In this document: in pieces, positions 9,604-20,531 of the stretch
Layout: every line of letters starts with the position of its first letter
Numbering within the stretch: the stretch's first letter is position 1
DNA from: a virus
Lineage: Duplodnaviria; Heunggongvirae; Uroviricota; Caudoviricetes
IMG/VR virus record: IMGVR_UViG_3300031418_000001
Length of the DNA stretch: 64,000 bases
Strand: one strand, 5' to 3'
Translations under genes and position numbers: made by a program
Notes under the pieces: model-generated
Seen by the model: the letters and a program-made list of their open reading frames with translations, nothing else
Told to the model about the DNA's origin: nothing
The model's database searches: none

Positions 9604-12312
9604 ATGAGTAAAAGAATAATAGCTGATGTTGATATTAAAGGCACCGCCACATCATCATCAAAATACTTAGCACAGAGTGTGCTCGGTAATCAGTTTGATT
9701 CATCTGGTAATCTTGAAATAGATGCTTATACAAATGATGAAATAAACGATATAATCAATGTACTGCCCGTATCACACTATGGCACATATAACTTCCTTCC
9801 TGCTGGCGTTAATGGTTCGTTTGAAGGTGCAAGTGACGTACCTGTATATCGCTACAGAAGAATTCATGTTGAAGATGATGGAACTTTAACCATATTAAGA
9901 CCAGGCTCCAACGGTGCTAAACGTGGACTTTATTATTCTTATCTGAATAATATTTTAAGTACTACTGATTTAAATACTGCTGTTAATACCAATCGTGAAT
10001 ATAAGCCTGGCTATTTTGGAAGTACCTATACCGGTAAAATGTGTTTTGCAAGTGATAACAAAATTGTTTCTGGTATAGCATTAGATTCAAGTAATAACTC
10101 GTACATCTTTACTTCATGGGCTAATGGAACACTTAATGATACGCAACATGTAGGGAGTATCGTACCAGTACTAACATTAATGCCAAATGGTGGTACAGTT
10201 AGATTTGTAATGACAGGGAATACTGAAATTTATTTCTTTGTTGAAGTCAGTCAAGGTAATGAATTAGTATTTGAAGTGCGTTCAATTCCCATTACTCAAA
10301 TAAAAAATTCTTCGAGTACGTTAACTGTTACTGAATATAAAAACTGGACAACTAATACGTTTTATAACCAAAGTATTTCTAATGCTAATATAGTTATGAA
10401 TGAAATGCTGAACAGTACTTCAGTTTCAGATAGACCGTATATGCTGATTCCAGCCAATGCTACAGTCTATCAACCTTATATGACAGGTGTGGATGTATAT
10501 GCAGCACAGAATGCAGCAGGAACCGTTAGAGTGCGTGTGGTAGGGGATGGATGGTGTACTACTCCAGCACGTAATATCCGACCAAAACATAGTTACAGTT
10601 TCGTTTTAAATTTCAGTACTAAAGTTGCAACACTTGAATCTGGAAATGTGGCACCGTTAACAATTACAGACCCAGGATCAGGAACCTCATTAGTGGCAAC
10701 AGGATCAACATTAACAACTGATCCAGTAACAACATTTAATGGCAACCGTGCCAATCAGGTTATTGGATATTATTATTTTGATAATGGAACTACACTGGCA
10801 ATCGCTACCGAAAACTTAGGTTCATATCCAACAAAAATAATTCGTGCGGTTTATCCTAACGCAACAACTGTATATGACACATTACAAGTTCGTTCTCATG
10901 CAAGTACTAACTTTTTATTTGGCTCAATGAATACATCATACGGTTCGCCGGTTGGGTCTGAAGTAATGGCATTTGAATGGTTGCCGAATAACAGATACAG
11001 AGTATCATCATTTGATGGTAATTCAAGATATCGCAATTCATTGAACCAATATAAACCAGGGGCAACTTATACATTCAACTCTGTTGGGTTTGGTACTCTT
11101 AATGGATTTGAACCAACTACTAATCGTAAATTTATTGATGACACTTGGGATAACAGAGTTTTAATTTCGAGTATTAGCGGAACAACGATATCAACTAACG
11201 GTGGGGTATTAATTGAAAGTACAAAATTAAGTACTCCGTTAAGTTATGACCAAGATATGAATAAGTCTGGCTCAATAAGTATAAGTGGTACTTTGTTAAC
11301 TAATTTCAAAAATCAGCAATTATCTAATGCTGCGTTTACAGTTGACCTTGCTAATAAAACAAATATTACTCTGTTTGTCCCACAACAAACTGATTGTCCG
11401 GTCTTTGCATTGATTTCAGGTTGTACACCGTCTTTAACTAATTATTATAAAGTGGTAGAAGTCAACGTTAATACAAGAACAGATGCAATAAGTACCTTAA
11501 CCTTCAAGCGGTTAGTTGCTGAAGGAACTGGAACATTTGGTGCATTGAGATCAGATGCTACGTATGGCCCAGGCACCACATCTGTTGGTATTACAATATA
11601 TGATGCAGGTTCATTCTATTTCATTGGTGGAGTTGACCCGTACATTTATGCAACTCAGGGTGACAGCAATGGAATTACTTGGAGAGCTAAAGTAACTAAA
11701 AGTACTCAGCAAATGGATGACTTCACTGTAAGTGGTACTTACCAGAATCACACTTCAGGAAATTCACAAATGCCGTGGGCCGTTCCTGGAATTGGTTTCG
11801 GTTATCTTGATTTTGCTGCACAAGCATCTGATGACCGAGTAAGAATTACATTTCAGCCAGTAGGAACTACTTTAGCAGAATATACTTCATGGGCTGATAA
11901 TGGAAATAAATTAGTACTGGCATCACAGGATGTTGCTCAAGGGTTTATTATCTATTTTACTGAAGAAACTCCAGTTATATTATCAGGTAAGTCATTCACC
12001 ATGCCAATTACAAACATTGACTTAACAACAGTAAAAGCTAACCCAGCTAATGCTACGTTCCATGTTTATGTACAAATGGTTGAAGGTCTTGCACAGTATA
12101 AAATAACTGAAGAAGTAATTGCTGAAACTGGAACATCGGCTTATAACCTGTTATGGATTGGAACTATTACGACAAATTCACTTCAGATTAGTTCTATTAA
12201 TATTCAGAAGCGTAGTCGCCTTGATGTATTTGGCCCATCAATACAACCTGCTGGTTCTTCATTCCCTGTTAGTTCTGGTTTACCTTCTGGTAATGGTTCA
12301 ATTCAATGGTAA
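9604..12312 (+). CDS. tail fibre / receptor-binding protein paralogue 1
   Basis: 902 aa, Ser/Thr/Asn/Gly-rich; shares N-terminal (VLPVSHYG, EDDGTL..LRPGSNG) and C-terminal (FxxPITxIDLxTVKANPxN...PxSxGxPSGxG) blocks with the next two genes, variable middle. Confidence 0.5.
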   Translation: MSKRIIADVDIKGTATSSSKYLAQSVLGNQFDSSGNLEIDAYTNDEINDIINVLPVSHYGTYNFLPAGVNGSFEGASDVPVYRYRRIHVEDDGTLTILRPGSNGAKRGLYYSYLNNILSTTDLNTAVNTNREYKPGYFGSTYTGKMCFASDNKIVSGIALDSSNNSYIFTSWANGTLNDTQHVGSIVPVLTLMPNGGTVRFVMTGNTEIYFFVEVSQGNELVFEVRSIPITQIKNSSSTLTVTEYKNWTTNTFYNQSISNANIVMNEMLNSTSVSDRPYMLIPANATVYQPYMTGVDVYAAQNAAGTVRVRVVGDGWCTTPARNIRPKHSYSFVLNFSTKVATLESGNVAPLTITDPGSGTSLVATGSTLTTDPVTTFNGNRANQVIGYYYFDNGTTLAIATENLGSYPTKIIRAVYPNATTVYDTLQVRSHASTNFLFGSMNTSYGSPVGSEVMAFEWLPNNRYRVSSFDGNSRYRNSLNQYKPGATYTFNSVGFGTLNGFEPTTNRKFIDDTWDNRVLISSISGTTISTNGGVLIESTKLSTPLSYDQDMNKSGSISISGTLLTNFKNQQLSNAAFTVDLANKTNITLFVPQQTDCPVFALISGCTPSLTNYYKVVEVNVNTRTDAISTLTFKRLVAEGTGTFGALRSDATYGPGTTSVGITIYDAGSFYFIGGVDPYIYATQGDSNGITWRAKVTKSTQQMDDFTVSGTYQNHTSGNSQMPWAVPGIGFGYLDFAAQASDDRVRITFQPVGTTLAEYTSWADNGNKLVLASQDVAQGFIIYFTEETPVILSGKSFTMPITNIDLTTVKANPANATFHVYVQMVEGLAQYKITEEVIAETGTSAYNLLWIGTITTNSLQISSINIQKRSRLDVFGPSIQPAGSSFPVSSGLPSGNGSIQW

Positions 12313-12325
12313 AAAGGAATTTACT

Positions 12326-15067
12326 ATGACTTATAAAGTTATTGGTGATTTAGAAGTCGCCGGAAAAATTAACGTTAATGGTAAGGTTAGTGGCGTATCC
12401 GTCACCCTTACCGATCATGACGAAGTTTATACAGCGGATACTAATGGTCATGTTGATCTTCCAGTACCGCAAAAAAATGAATTTGATTATATTTTAAAAC
12501 AATTACCACTTACTCAGTATGGGGCAGTTAATAACGTACCAGTAGGTGTTGCTGGTACGTTTGATGGTGGTAGTACTATACCATATTATGCAGCAATGCC
12601 AGTACTGTTAGAAGATGACGGAACGTTAGCATTTCTTCGCCCAGGTTCAAACGGTAGTACTATCAATTATTATTACACTTACGTTACGAGTCCAGAGTCA
12701 AGTACTAAACCGACAACTACAATTAGAAAGTACTATAATGGTACTGGTAAGAATATTCTATTTTATGATTCATATACCAAAGATACTTTGATATATCAAG
12801 ATATTGATAATGCTTTATTTTATGTGGTACTAACAAATGGCACCCTTGATAATTCTAAACATCAACAGGCTTCATTTGACCGAACTTTGATTCCATACAA
12901 CATAATGTCTGCACTAAAAGTTGGAAATTACGTTTATATAATCTCATTATATAACAGTGCTTATAATGTAAGTAATCCAGTATCTATCAGTTATAATATC
13001 AACGACCCGTTTCAGTTCATGATGCATCGAATTCCTGTATCACAAATTCAAGCTGGTAATATTACCACAGTTGAAGCTGTTACCGGTATTACTGGAAATA
13101 ATATGTTTGGTGATGCAAATACTTCAGGTAATATAAGAATTGCAGATTCATGGGCCAGTACTTCAGATACTGCGACTAAATCTTTCATCAAATATCCAGT
13201 AGGAACAAATGTTTCTCCCTATACATATTCAATTGTCAGTGCTGGGAAATCATATTTTGATGGAACAAATATTATTTTTTCATTCTTTACAAATGGATAT
13301 GTTGTTAACAGTACAGCACGTATAGATACTATGTATGGATTAACTGTAACATATAATGTGAATAATAAAACTTTCAGTACTGATTTGTCACCAACTTCAA
13401 TGGTATGTAATGGTGGAACCACTGGAGCAGTAACGTGGAATAATCCATATGCAATCAATACTTCAAAAACTTACGGTGTTGGAACTGGTATTGCTGATGG
13501 TAATTCTAATACATGGTGCATAACTGATGGTGGAGTTCAATATGCCATTAAAGAAAAATATGTTTTGTCTGATACATATTTGGTATCAAGATGTATTATC
13601 ACTAATTTTACCACTAAAGCTGAAGCATACAAAGTAAGAAATAGAGTACTGTCCCCAACATCAAGTACTAATGCTTCTGCCGATTTTGCGTCAAGAGTTG
13701 GTGATCAGTTGGTTGGTGGTTCCCCTATTTCAAGTACTCGAATAATGTTTACCGGAACAGGTACATATGAAGGTACTGCGTATACCAAATATTTTCGAGG
13801 TATTGCTGATATTGGGACAACCCGAAACTATACTTATAACTCTATTGATCGTGGAACTATAACAGGATATGCACCACAACCATTCCGAGTTCCATTTGGT
13901 AGTGAGAATTTGATGCGTTCAAAACTTTCATTCTGTGATGCGTCAGGTAATGTTGAATCTTATGGATGTGCATTTTTAGAAAACGTTATTTTAACTACAG
14001 GGTATAAACTATCTGCAAGTTCTTTAACGTATGATAAAACTATTAATATATCTAACAGTACATTAGTTAGTCTAAAAAATTCAATTCTTGCAAATGCTGG
14101 TATTACCTCTCCGGCTGATTCAAAAATAGGATTATATTATTCTCCAAAATCTGATTACTGTAAAAGTATTGCACATGTTGTGGTATATAATGGTACAAAC
14201 TTAGGTGGACGGAATATATTTGCAACAGTTGATTGTACCTTAACCGGAACCACCGTTAGTGCGGCAACGTTAAGTACTGTATTCTATAATCAATCTGTTG
14301 AGAGAATGCAGGGAATTACAGCAAACCCAACCGAAGTGTTTGCTAAATCTGGATTATCATGCGTGAAATACTCAGACTTTACTTATATTGCATTCAGTGG
14401 TTTGTTTGTTTATGGAACACCTGGAGATAGTGAAGAAGTAACAGGATGTGGTATTGTAAGTGGTAATACCGTAAATTCAGTGATTGTTTCAAACAGCTAT
14501 CATGCAACTGGATTACCCGGAGCAGAGCCGAGACGTGAATATAGTTATATTCCTAACCTTGGATTTGGATATTACATATATTCACCAACCGATAAGGGTA
14601 CTAAGCTAATATTCAAAAATTGTGGCAATACCTCTGCACAATTTACTTCCAATATGTCTAACGGAACAGGTACTGATGTTGTAATTTTAGCACAGGATGT
14701 TGTTGTAGGTTTTTATCTGTATTTTACAGAGAGAACTCCATTATTCATGAGTGGTCAGTACTTTGAACTTCCTATTACAACTATTGATTTGAATACGGTT
14801 AAAGCAAATCCAGGAAATACTAAATTTTATGTTTATGCAAAACTTGAGTATGGACTTCCTATATATAAAGTAAGTGAAACCGAATTAGTTGAGAATGAAA
14901 CTACTATGTTCATTGGAACTATTCAGACTGATGGAACAAAGGTTAGTGACTTAAATATAACAAAGGTTTCTAAATTTGATAATTACAGACCATCTGCCAG
15001 CACTATTGGAGGTGCATTCCCTGTAAGTACTGGAAACTCAATGGATTCAGGAACTATCAACTGGTAA
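12326..15067 (+). CDS. tail fibre / receptor-binding protein paralogue 2
   Basis: ATG at 12326 after AAAGGAA RBS (upstream extension in track is an overlapping-frame artefact); conserved termini as above. Confidence 0.5.
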   Translation: MTYKVIGDLEVAGKINVNGKVSGVSVTLTDHDEVYTADTNGHVDLPVPQKNEFDYILKQLPLTQYGAVNNVPVGVAGTFDGGSTIPYYAAMPVLLEDDGTLAFLRPGSNGSTINYYYTYVTSPESSTKPTTTIRKYYNGTGKNILFYDSYTKDTLIYQDIDNALFYVVLTNGTLDNSKHQQASFDRTLIPYNIMSALKVGNYVYIISLYNSAYNVSNPVSISYNINDPFQFMMHRIPVSQIQAGNITTVEAVTGITGNNMFGDANTSGNIRIADSWASTSDTATKSFIKYPVGTNVSPYTYSIVSAGKSYFDGTNIIFSFFTNGYVVNSTARIDTMYGLTVTYNVNNKTFSTDLSPTSMVCNGGTTGAVTWNNPYAINTSKTYGVGTGIADGNSNTWCITDGGVQYAIKEKYVLSDTYLVSRCIITNFTTKAEAYKVRNRVLSPTSSTNASADFASRVGDQLVGGSPISSTRIMFTGTGTYEGTAYTKYFRGIADIGTTRNYTYNSIDRGTITGYAPQPFRVPFGSENLMRSKLSFCDASGNVESYGCAFLENVILTTGYKLSASSLTYDKTINISNSTLVSLKNSILANAGITSPADSKIGLYYSPKSDYCKSIAHVVVYNGTNLGGRNIFATVDCTLTGTTVSAATLSTVFYNQSVERMQGITANPTEVFAKSGLSCVKYSDFTYIAFSGLFVYGTPGDSEEVTGCGIVSGNTVNSVIVSNSYHATGLPGAEPRREYSYIPNLGFGYYIYSPTDKGTKLIFKNCGNTSAQFTSNMSNGTGTDVVILAQDVVVGFYLYFTERTPLFMSGQYFELPITTIDLNTVKANPGNTKFYVYAKLEYGLPIYKVSETELVENETTMFIGTIQTDGTKVSDLNITKVSKFDNYRPSASTIGGAFPVSTGNSMDSGTINW

Positions 15068-15079
15068 AAGGATTTAGCA

Positions 15080-17818
15080 ATGTCTAAAAAAATAATCGGA
15101 AATGTTAGCGTTTCACGAAACACTACATCAATGGGTGAGAATACTATTCGTGATGTTAATGGTGTTTCTCCTGATAGCACTGGTAACATTAATTATCAGT
15201 ACTATACAAAAGAGTATGTTGACCAGGTAATTAAGGTACTTCCTGTTTCTCGTGTTGGTAGTATGGATTATCTCCCTATGAACATTAATGGTTCATATGA
15301 GGGTGCAACAACATATTTTGATAAAAGAGTTTTGCCTGTAATAGTTGAAGATGATGGTACACTTGTGTACCTTCGTCCTGGTACAAATGGAAGTACTAAT
15401 GGTTATTACTTTAGTTACACCGCAAATTCAAGAACTGTTAGTACTTTAACTCCAGTGCTTACAAATGAGAAATACGTTCCATCATTTTTCACGGTGAACC
15501 ATTCACTTATTTCTTTTGTTGGTTCTAAAGCCAATGAGCTTTTATTCATGAAAACGAATAATGGAACTAATGATACCTATACAATTGCTTTAACAAATGG
15601 TACACTTAATAGTGTATCACATCAATATCTTGAATTTAACCGCACCTTAATTCCAAATACAGATCCGCAATATGCTCATATTGTTGGAAGTTTAGTATAT
15701 ATTTGGTGTATTGATTCATATGATGCAAGTAATGCACTTGACATATCATTGTATACCATTTCATTAGATGATATTCGTTCTGGTAGTAGTACATCATTAC
15801 AGAGAATTACAGGAATAAGTGGGAAAACTATTTCTGGTGCAACAGTAGCTTCATCAAGCACCGTAAGACTTGCACAGAAATATGTAAGTACTGTTGCATC
15901 TGATAATCCACTATTATTAACTGATTCAGCAACGACAGTTTTACCGTTTGTTCTTAATAATGATGGTGTTATACAAGCTGTAGTTAATGATGCAAATACA
16001 TCAGTAAGAGTTGCAGTGTTTCATCCTTTTGGTGCACTTAATGCTCAAAGTAATTCACAGCAGAAAATGTGGGGTTTAAGTTTTACGTACAATATTAGTA
16101 CTAAAGCCTATGTACTTGACCAAGCAGCCGGTTCAATAAGTATATCTACATCTAATAATCAGATTGTAATTAATGACCCTTATAATGTTACAATGGAAAA
16201 TATAAATGGATATGTAACCGGAAGTCAGGGTAATGTTCCTACTATTTTCCAAACTGCTGATGGTTTAGTTTTCAGTACTGTTGCACGTTATATTACTTCG
16301 CCTCAACATAAAATAACACGTTCTACTTTAAGTACATTTACAAACTTATATGATTCGTGGAATTTGAGTACAAGAAAATTAACTAAGGTTTCGTCTACAT
16401 TAGTAGATCCAATTTATGGTTCTACCATTGGAGAAAATCTTATAAGTCCTACGGTATTATCACCTACAAAAGTACTATTCAACTGTAGTGGTACATCTAA
16501 TGGAAATACATTTGGATTTGATTCTAAGGTTTATACCGATATTGGAAGCACTCGAAACTATTCATATAAGTCAGTAGTCACAGGTTCAACTATTAACGGT
16601 TATGCACCACAGAAGAACCGAAATTTAGTTGACAATACAAATAACAGACTTAATGGATTAATTACGTTAATTGCAGCAGATGGAAGTACTACAGTTTATG
16701 GTTCATCTTTTATAGAAGGAACAACAAAACCTGCTAATGGTTTAATGGATATTAACACCTTCAATTTCGGTGCACCTTATACTTTATCAAGTACGTCATT
16801 ATTGAGTACTCTTAAAGACTCCATTATAAATTCAGTATCATTTACTGGAAATGTTATAGAAAGTAAAATAGTATTGTACTATGTACCTAATAGCACATTT
16901 GGTAAGAGTATTGCTTCTGTCACATTAAGAACGGATACGAAAGATTCATCAGGATATATAGGTCATGTCATTGTAAGTACTGTTGATGTTGTGGTTAATG
17001 CTAATGTTATATCTGGACTTACAGCAGTTAATAGTATCATAAATGGTGTTTCAACAGATGCAATTTCTATTAATACTACATACTTAAGTCGTATGCCAGG
17101 ATTAACAATTGCAAAGTATCAAGGTTTCTCATATATAGGAATACCCGCTATTTTTAATATAGGTATACCAGCAAATGCGACATTCAGAACGACAATAGGA
17201 AAACTTGATTCAAATAATAATATTACAGCAATTAAGGTAATATCCTCAGATTACGTAAGTGCAGCGGGAGGTACTTATGAAGCTGGAGTTATGCCTGGTT
17301 ATGGTTTTGGATTGTTCATGAACGGTGATCTTACTGATTTTCAGACAAAATTAGTCTTTGGTAATTTTGGTACTACATCAGCACAGCTTGATTCACTGAT
17401 AGCAGGAAACCTGACTCCACTTGAAACGGTGGTAGTTGCCTCACAAGAAGTACCACAAGGTTTTAACGTGTACTTTACACAGGAAGTTCCTGTTTTGATA
17501 AACGGTGCCTACTATAAGTTACAGCCAACTGATGTTGATTTAACTACGATTGATTCGTCGCCAGCTAACAAAACCTTTTACATTTATGTTTATGTTGTAG
17601 AAAATATTTGCAAGTACGTGATAAGTACTTCTAAGTTAACGGAAGAACTAAACCGTATCTTTATTGGTACAATCGTAACAGGTTCTAATAATATTACTTC
17701 AATTGAATCAGAAAAAGTAACAAGGTTCTTAACGTATCGTGTAAGTACGACTAAACGTGGTTCAGCAATTCCTGCAAGTACTGGAGTACCATCAGGTACT
17801 GGAACCCGCTGGAATTAA
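15080..17818 (+). CDS. tail fibre / receptor-binding protein paralogue 3
   Basis: 912 aa; same conserved N- and C-terminal blocks. Confidence 0.5.
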   Translation: MSKKIIGNVSVSRNTTSMGENTIRDVNGVSPDSTGNINYQYYTKEYVDQVIKVLPVSRVGSMDYLPMNINGSYEGATTYFDKRVLPVIVEDDGTLVYLRPGTNGSTNGYYFSYTANSRTVSTLTPVLTNEKYVPSFFTVNHSLISFVGSKANELLFMKTNNGTNDTYTIALTNGTLNSVSHQYLEFNRTLIPNTDPQYAHIVGSLVYIWCIDSYDASNALDISLYTISLDDIRSGSSTSLQRITGISGKTISGATVASSSTVRLAQKYVSTVASDNPLLLTDSATTVLPFVLNNDGVIQAVVNDANTSVRVAVFHPFGALNAQSNSQQKMWGLSFTYNISTKAYVLDQAAGSISISTSNNQIVINDPYNVTMENINGYVTGSQGNVPTIFQTADGLVFSTVARYITSPQHKITRSTLSTFTNLYDSWNLSTRKLTKVSSTLVDPIYGSTIGENLISPTVLSPTKVLFNCSGTSNGNTFGFDSKVYTDIGSTRNYSYKSVVTGSTINGYAPQKNRNLVDNTNNRLNGLITLIAADGSTTVYGSSFIEGTTKPANGLMDINTFNFGAPYTLSSTSLLSTLKDSIINSVSFTGNVIESKIVLYYVPNSTFGKSIASVTLRTDTKDSSGYIGHVIVSTVDVVVNANVISGLTAVNSIINGVSTDAISINTTYLSRMPGLTIAKYQGFSYIGIPAIFNIGIPANATFRTTIGKLDSNNNITAIKVISSDYVSAAGGTYEAGVMPGYGFGLFMNGDLTDFQTKLVFGNFGTTSAQLDSLIAGNLTPLETVVVASQEVPQGFNVYFTQEVPVLINGAYYKLQPTDVDLTTIDSSPANKTFYIYVYVVENICKYVISTSKLTEELNRIFIGTIVTGSNNITSIESEKVTRFLTYRVSTTKRGSAIPASTGVPSGTGTRWN

Positions 17819-17825
17819 TATATCA

Positions 17826-17866
17826 AAAGCAGGGTTTAATGAGTAATCATTTTCCCTGCTTTTTTC
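17826..17866 (+). terminator. rho-independent terminator
   Basis: AAAGCAGGG...CCCTGCTTT long hairpin followed by T-run. Confidence 0.55.
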
Positions 17867-17946
17867 ATTTTAATTGCTTTTTGGTGTTGACGGGATAATT
17901 CTTTTCCTGTAGTCTAATTGAAAATCAAACAAAATGGATTAACAAA

Positions 17947-18684
17947 ATGCAACTCGGTGATCGTGTAAAGCAACTGTACGAGAAAACAGAAACGTCTCAG
18001 AAATTCCTTCCTTTGCTGCCAATCTATTGCCGCATCGACGGACGATCCTTTAGCAAATTCACTAAAGGAATGACAAAGCCATATGAAGAACGTATGAGCC
18101 ATGTTATGCAGGAAGTTACTAAATTTCTTGTTAAAGAAACTTCTGCTCGTGTTGGATATACTCAATCTGACGAAATTTCACTACTTTTTTATGTAGATGA
18201 TATTCGTTCTTCTATCTTCTTTGATGGTAAAAAACAGAAGATGGTTAGTATTCTTGCTGCGGCTGCGAGTGCAAAATTCATGCAAGTTGCAAGTACTGAA
18301 ATTCCTGAATTTGTACAGGATAAAGTACCAATGTTTGATGCTCGTGTTTTCAACGTACCGAACAAAACTGAAGCGATGAACTGCTTCCTGTGGCGTGTAC
18401 AGGATGCTGTAAAGAACAGTATTTCTATGGCTGCACGTAGTGTGTTTTCACACCGTGAAGTAAATAACAAAAACCAAAGCCAGATGCTTGATATGCTCAT
18501 GGAAAAGGGTATCAACTGGAACGACTATCCTAAGTACTTTAAAGAAGGTTCATTCTTCCAGCGTATTCAGTACGAAAAAGTTCCTGGGGTTATTCGTTCA
18601 CGTATTGATGAAATCCTTGTTGGTACTAAATTTGAAGATCTTAGTACTGAAGAACGTATTAAAGTACTTTTTGGAGAGAACTAA
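17947..18684 (+). CDS. Thg1-like protein (tRNA-His guanylyltransferase family 3'-5' nucleotidyltransferase)
   Basis: N-terminal RIDGRSFSKFTK matches the Thg1 VRIDG+xFxxF signature and SDEIS(LLF) matches the GESDEYSF catalytic carboxylate motif; 245 aa is typical length. Confidence 0.8.
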   Translation: MQLGDRVKQLYEKTETSQKFLPLLPIYCRIDGRSFSKFTKGMTKPYEERMSHVMQEVTKFLVKETSARVGYTQSDEISLLFYVDDIRSSIFFDGKKQKMVSILAAAASAKFMQVASTEIPEFVQDKVPMFDARVFNVPNKTEAMNCFLWRVQDAVKNSISMAARSVFSHREVNNKNQSQMLDMLMEKGINWNDYPKYFKEGSFFQRIQYEKVPGVIRSRIDEILVGTKFEDLSTEERIKVLFGEN

Positions 18685-18698
18685 TATCAGGAGGGTAC

Positions 18699-19034
18699 AT
18701 GGAAGTACCTGTAGTAGTTAACAAATATAAATCTGAGTATGATGTTTATATTGGTAGGGGTTCTAAATGGGGAAACCCATTTACTCATATTAAAGACAGA
18801 AATACTAAAGCTGAGTACATTGTAAGTACCAGAGAAGAATCAATTGAACGATTCAGAGAGTACATATATCATAAGATACAAACTGGTGAAATTAGTGTTG
18901 AAGAACTTTATGAACTTCAAGGTAAGAGGTTAGGGTGTTTCTGTAAGCCTAAGTCGTGTCATGGTGATATATTAGTTGAAATTATACAAGCCATTATAGA
19001 AATGAGCGAAGAAAATGAAAAATATAGTACGTGA
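18699..19034 (+). CDS. DUF4326-family protein
   Basis: DVYIGRGSKWGNPF ... LQGKRLGCFCKPKSCHGDIL matches the DUF4326 hallmark (YIGR..WGNPF; CxC.P..CHgd); 111 aa. Confidence 0.7.
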   Translation: MEVPVVVNKYKSEYDVYIGRGSKWGNPFTHIKDRNTKAEYIVSTREESIERFREYIYHKIQTGEISVEELYELQGKRLGCFCKPKSCHGDILVEIIQAIIEMSEENEKYST

Positions 19035-19851
19035 AGCATCTGATATTGAAAAAGATTATATTACAAATTCACTATCTGACGTAAACATTAATGTTGAAAA
19101 AGTCATTATACATAGTGTTACTGAAAGTCCAACAGGTACTGAATATTCAGTAGAAGTTCATCACGATGAACAATGTACTATTTTTGTTGGTGATAAAAAC
19201 AAAATCAATGGAATGATGCTTAAACAAAATGCTCACACTCCAGAAGAAATTCATCAAATAATAACTAAAGCTGCATTGGATTGTGAATTGTTACATAAGT
19301 ACTCTCTTAATATAGTTCCATTTATTGTAACTTGCGGAGAGTTGACTTTTTCAGTTCGTAACAATATATTAAGTTTAATGAAAACTGTTAATAATCAAAA
19401 TAAAGATTATTACTTGAAAACAACACAATCACTTCTTTTTACTGGTATGTTTGTCGTTGAAATTAATTCAGGTTCTAATCATGTGAAACTTGATCGTATC
19501 TATGATAAGTCAATTCGACTTACTCATGATAGCACACAATTTAGTTATAGCGGAAGTAATAGTAAAAATATTGATATTAATTATTTTGAAAATCCAGATG
19601 ATTACTTTGCATTAAGTACTGTAAATCCAATTTCAAAGGAATCATTTTTGCAACTTTGTGATTTATATAAAGTACTAAACAGTATTAAATACACAGAATA
19701 CAAGATCAAATTTAGTGATGATAATAGATCGAAATTATCGAATAAGTCATTATTCCGAAAATCATTTAAAGAATATATGAAATTTGATTTAGAAAAACAA
19801 ATTCTTGATGAAATAGAGAGAGAATATGCTGATTATATCAAAGTACCATGA
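19015..19851 (+). CDS. hypothetical protein
   Basis: 278-aa ORF, no motif recognised. Confidence 0.3.
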   Translation: MKNIVREASDIEKDYITNSLSDVNINVEKVIIHSVTESPTGTEYSVEVHHDEQCTIFVGDKNKINGMMLKQNAHTPEEIHQIITKAALDCELLHKYSLNIVPFIVTCGELTFSVRNNILSLMKTVNNQNKDYYLKTTQSLLFTGMFVVEINSGSNHVKLDRIYDKSIRLTHDSTQFSYSGSNSKNIDINYFENPDDYFALSTVNPISKESFLQLCDLYKVLNSIKYTEYKIKFSDDNRSKLSNKSLFRKSFKEYMKFDLEKQILDEIEREYADYIKVP

Positions 19852-20527
19852 TTATTACGATCACGTGCAACAAGCTGGTGTAGATAAGCGAGTTGTTTTG
19901 CACCGTGAAATGAAAGAAATTGATGTACCAAATGGTCTGAAGTTCAGTAACATGCAGCTTGCCAGTATTGATGAGCGTGGCAACCGTGTTGCATCTTACA
20001 ACTTTATTTCAGGCAGAGTGTTCCGGTTGGAGTGGTTATTCTTCTGTGGTAAAGCGTACCCTAAGATTTTCTCCTTTGACAAAGAATACAATAGTGATGT
20101 TTTCCATAACATCAAGTTCTATAGTACCTTGGAAGAAGCAGAACAAGACATTCCACCATCAGCACATTACTTTAATAGTAAGAACTGGAATACAGGAATG
20201 ATCCTGGCTCATCAGGTACGTGAAATTCTGTCAATGCCACGTGAAATTGATGCTAATGTATTTCAAAAACTAAAAGCACCGTATTTCGTATACAAAAGAC
20301 GTGATTCATCGGTTCGCTATGGTGATAAGGGTAAAGTAATAACTTTTCCAGTACTTAAGGATTATACCCCATTCCTTAACTTGGATGCTTATAGTACGTA
20401 TCAGGAAATTGAAATGTACTGTTCCGGTGTAATGGGCGTAGGTGAACCGGAAATAATTGAAGTGTCCGATATTTCAAAACGAGATAGTAAAGGTTTTGAT
20501 AAATTTAGCTTCAAACACAGAAAATAA
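19826..20527 (+). CDS. hypothetical protein
   Basis: 233-aa ORF with ATG start, overlaps upstream gene by 26 nt. Confidence 0.3.
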   Translation: MLIISKYHDYYDHVQQAGVDKRVVLHREMKEIDVPNGLKFSNMQLASIDERGNRVASYNFISGRVFRLEWLFFCGKAYPKIFSFDKEYNSDVFHNIKFYSTLEEAEQDIPPSAHYFNSKNWNTGMILAHQVREILSMPREIDANVFQKLKAPYFVYKRRDSSVRYGDKGKVITFPVLKDYTPFLNLDAYSTYQEIEMYCSGVMGVGEPEIIEVSDISKRDSKGFDKFSFKHRK

Positions 20528-20531
20528 TCAT

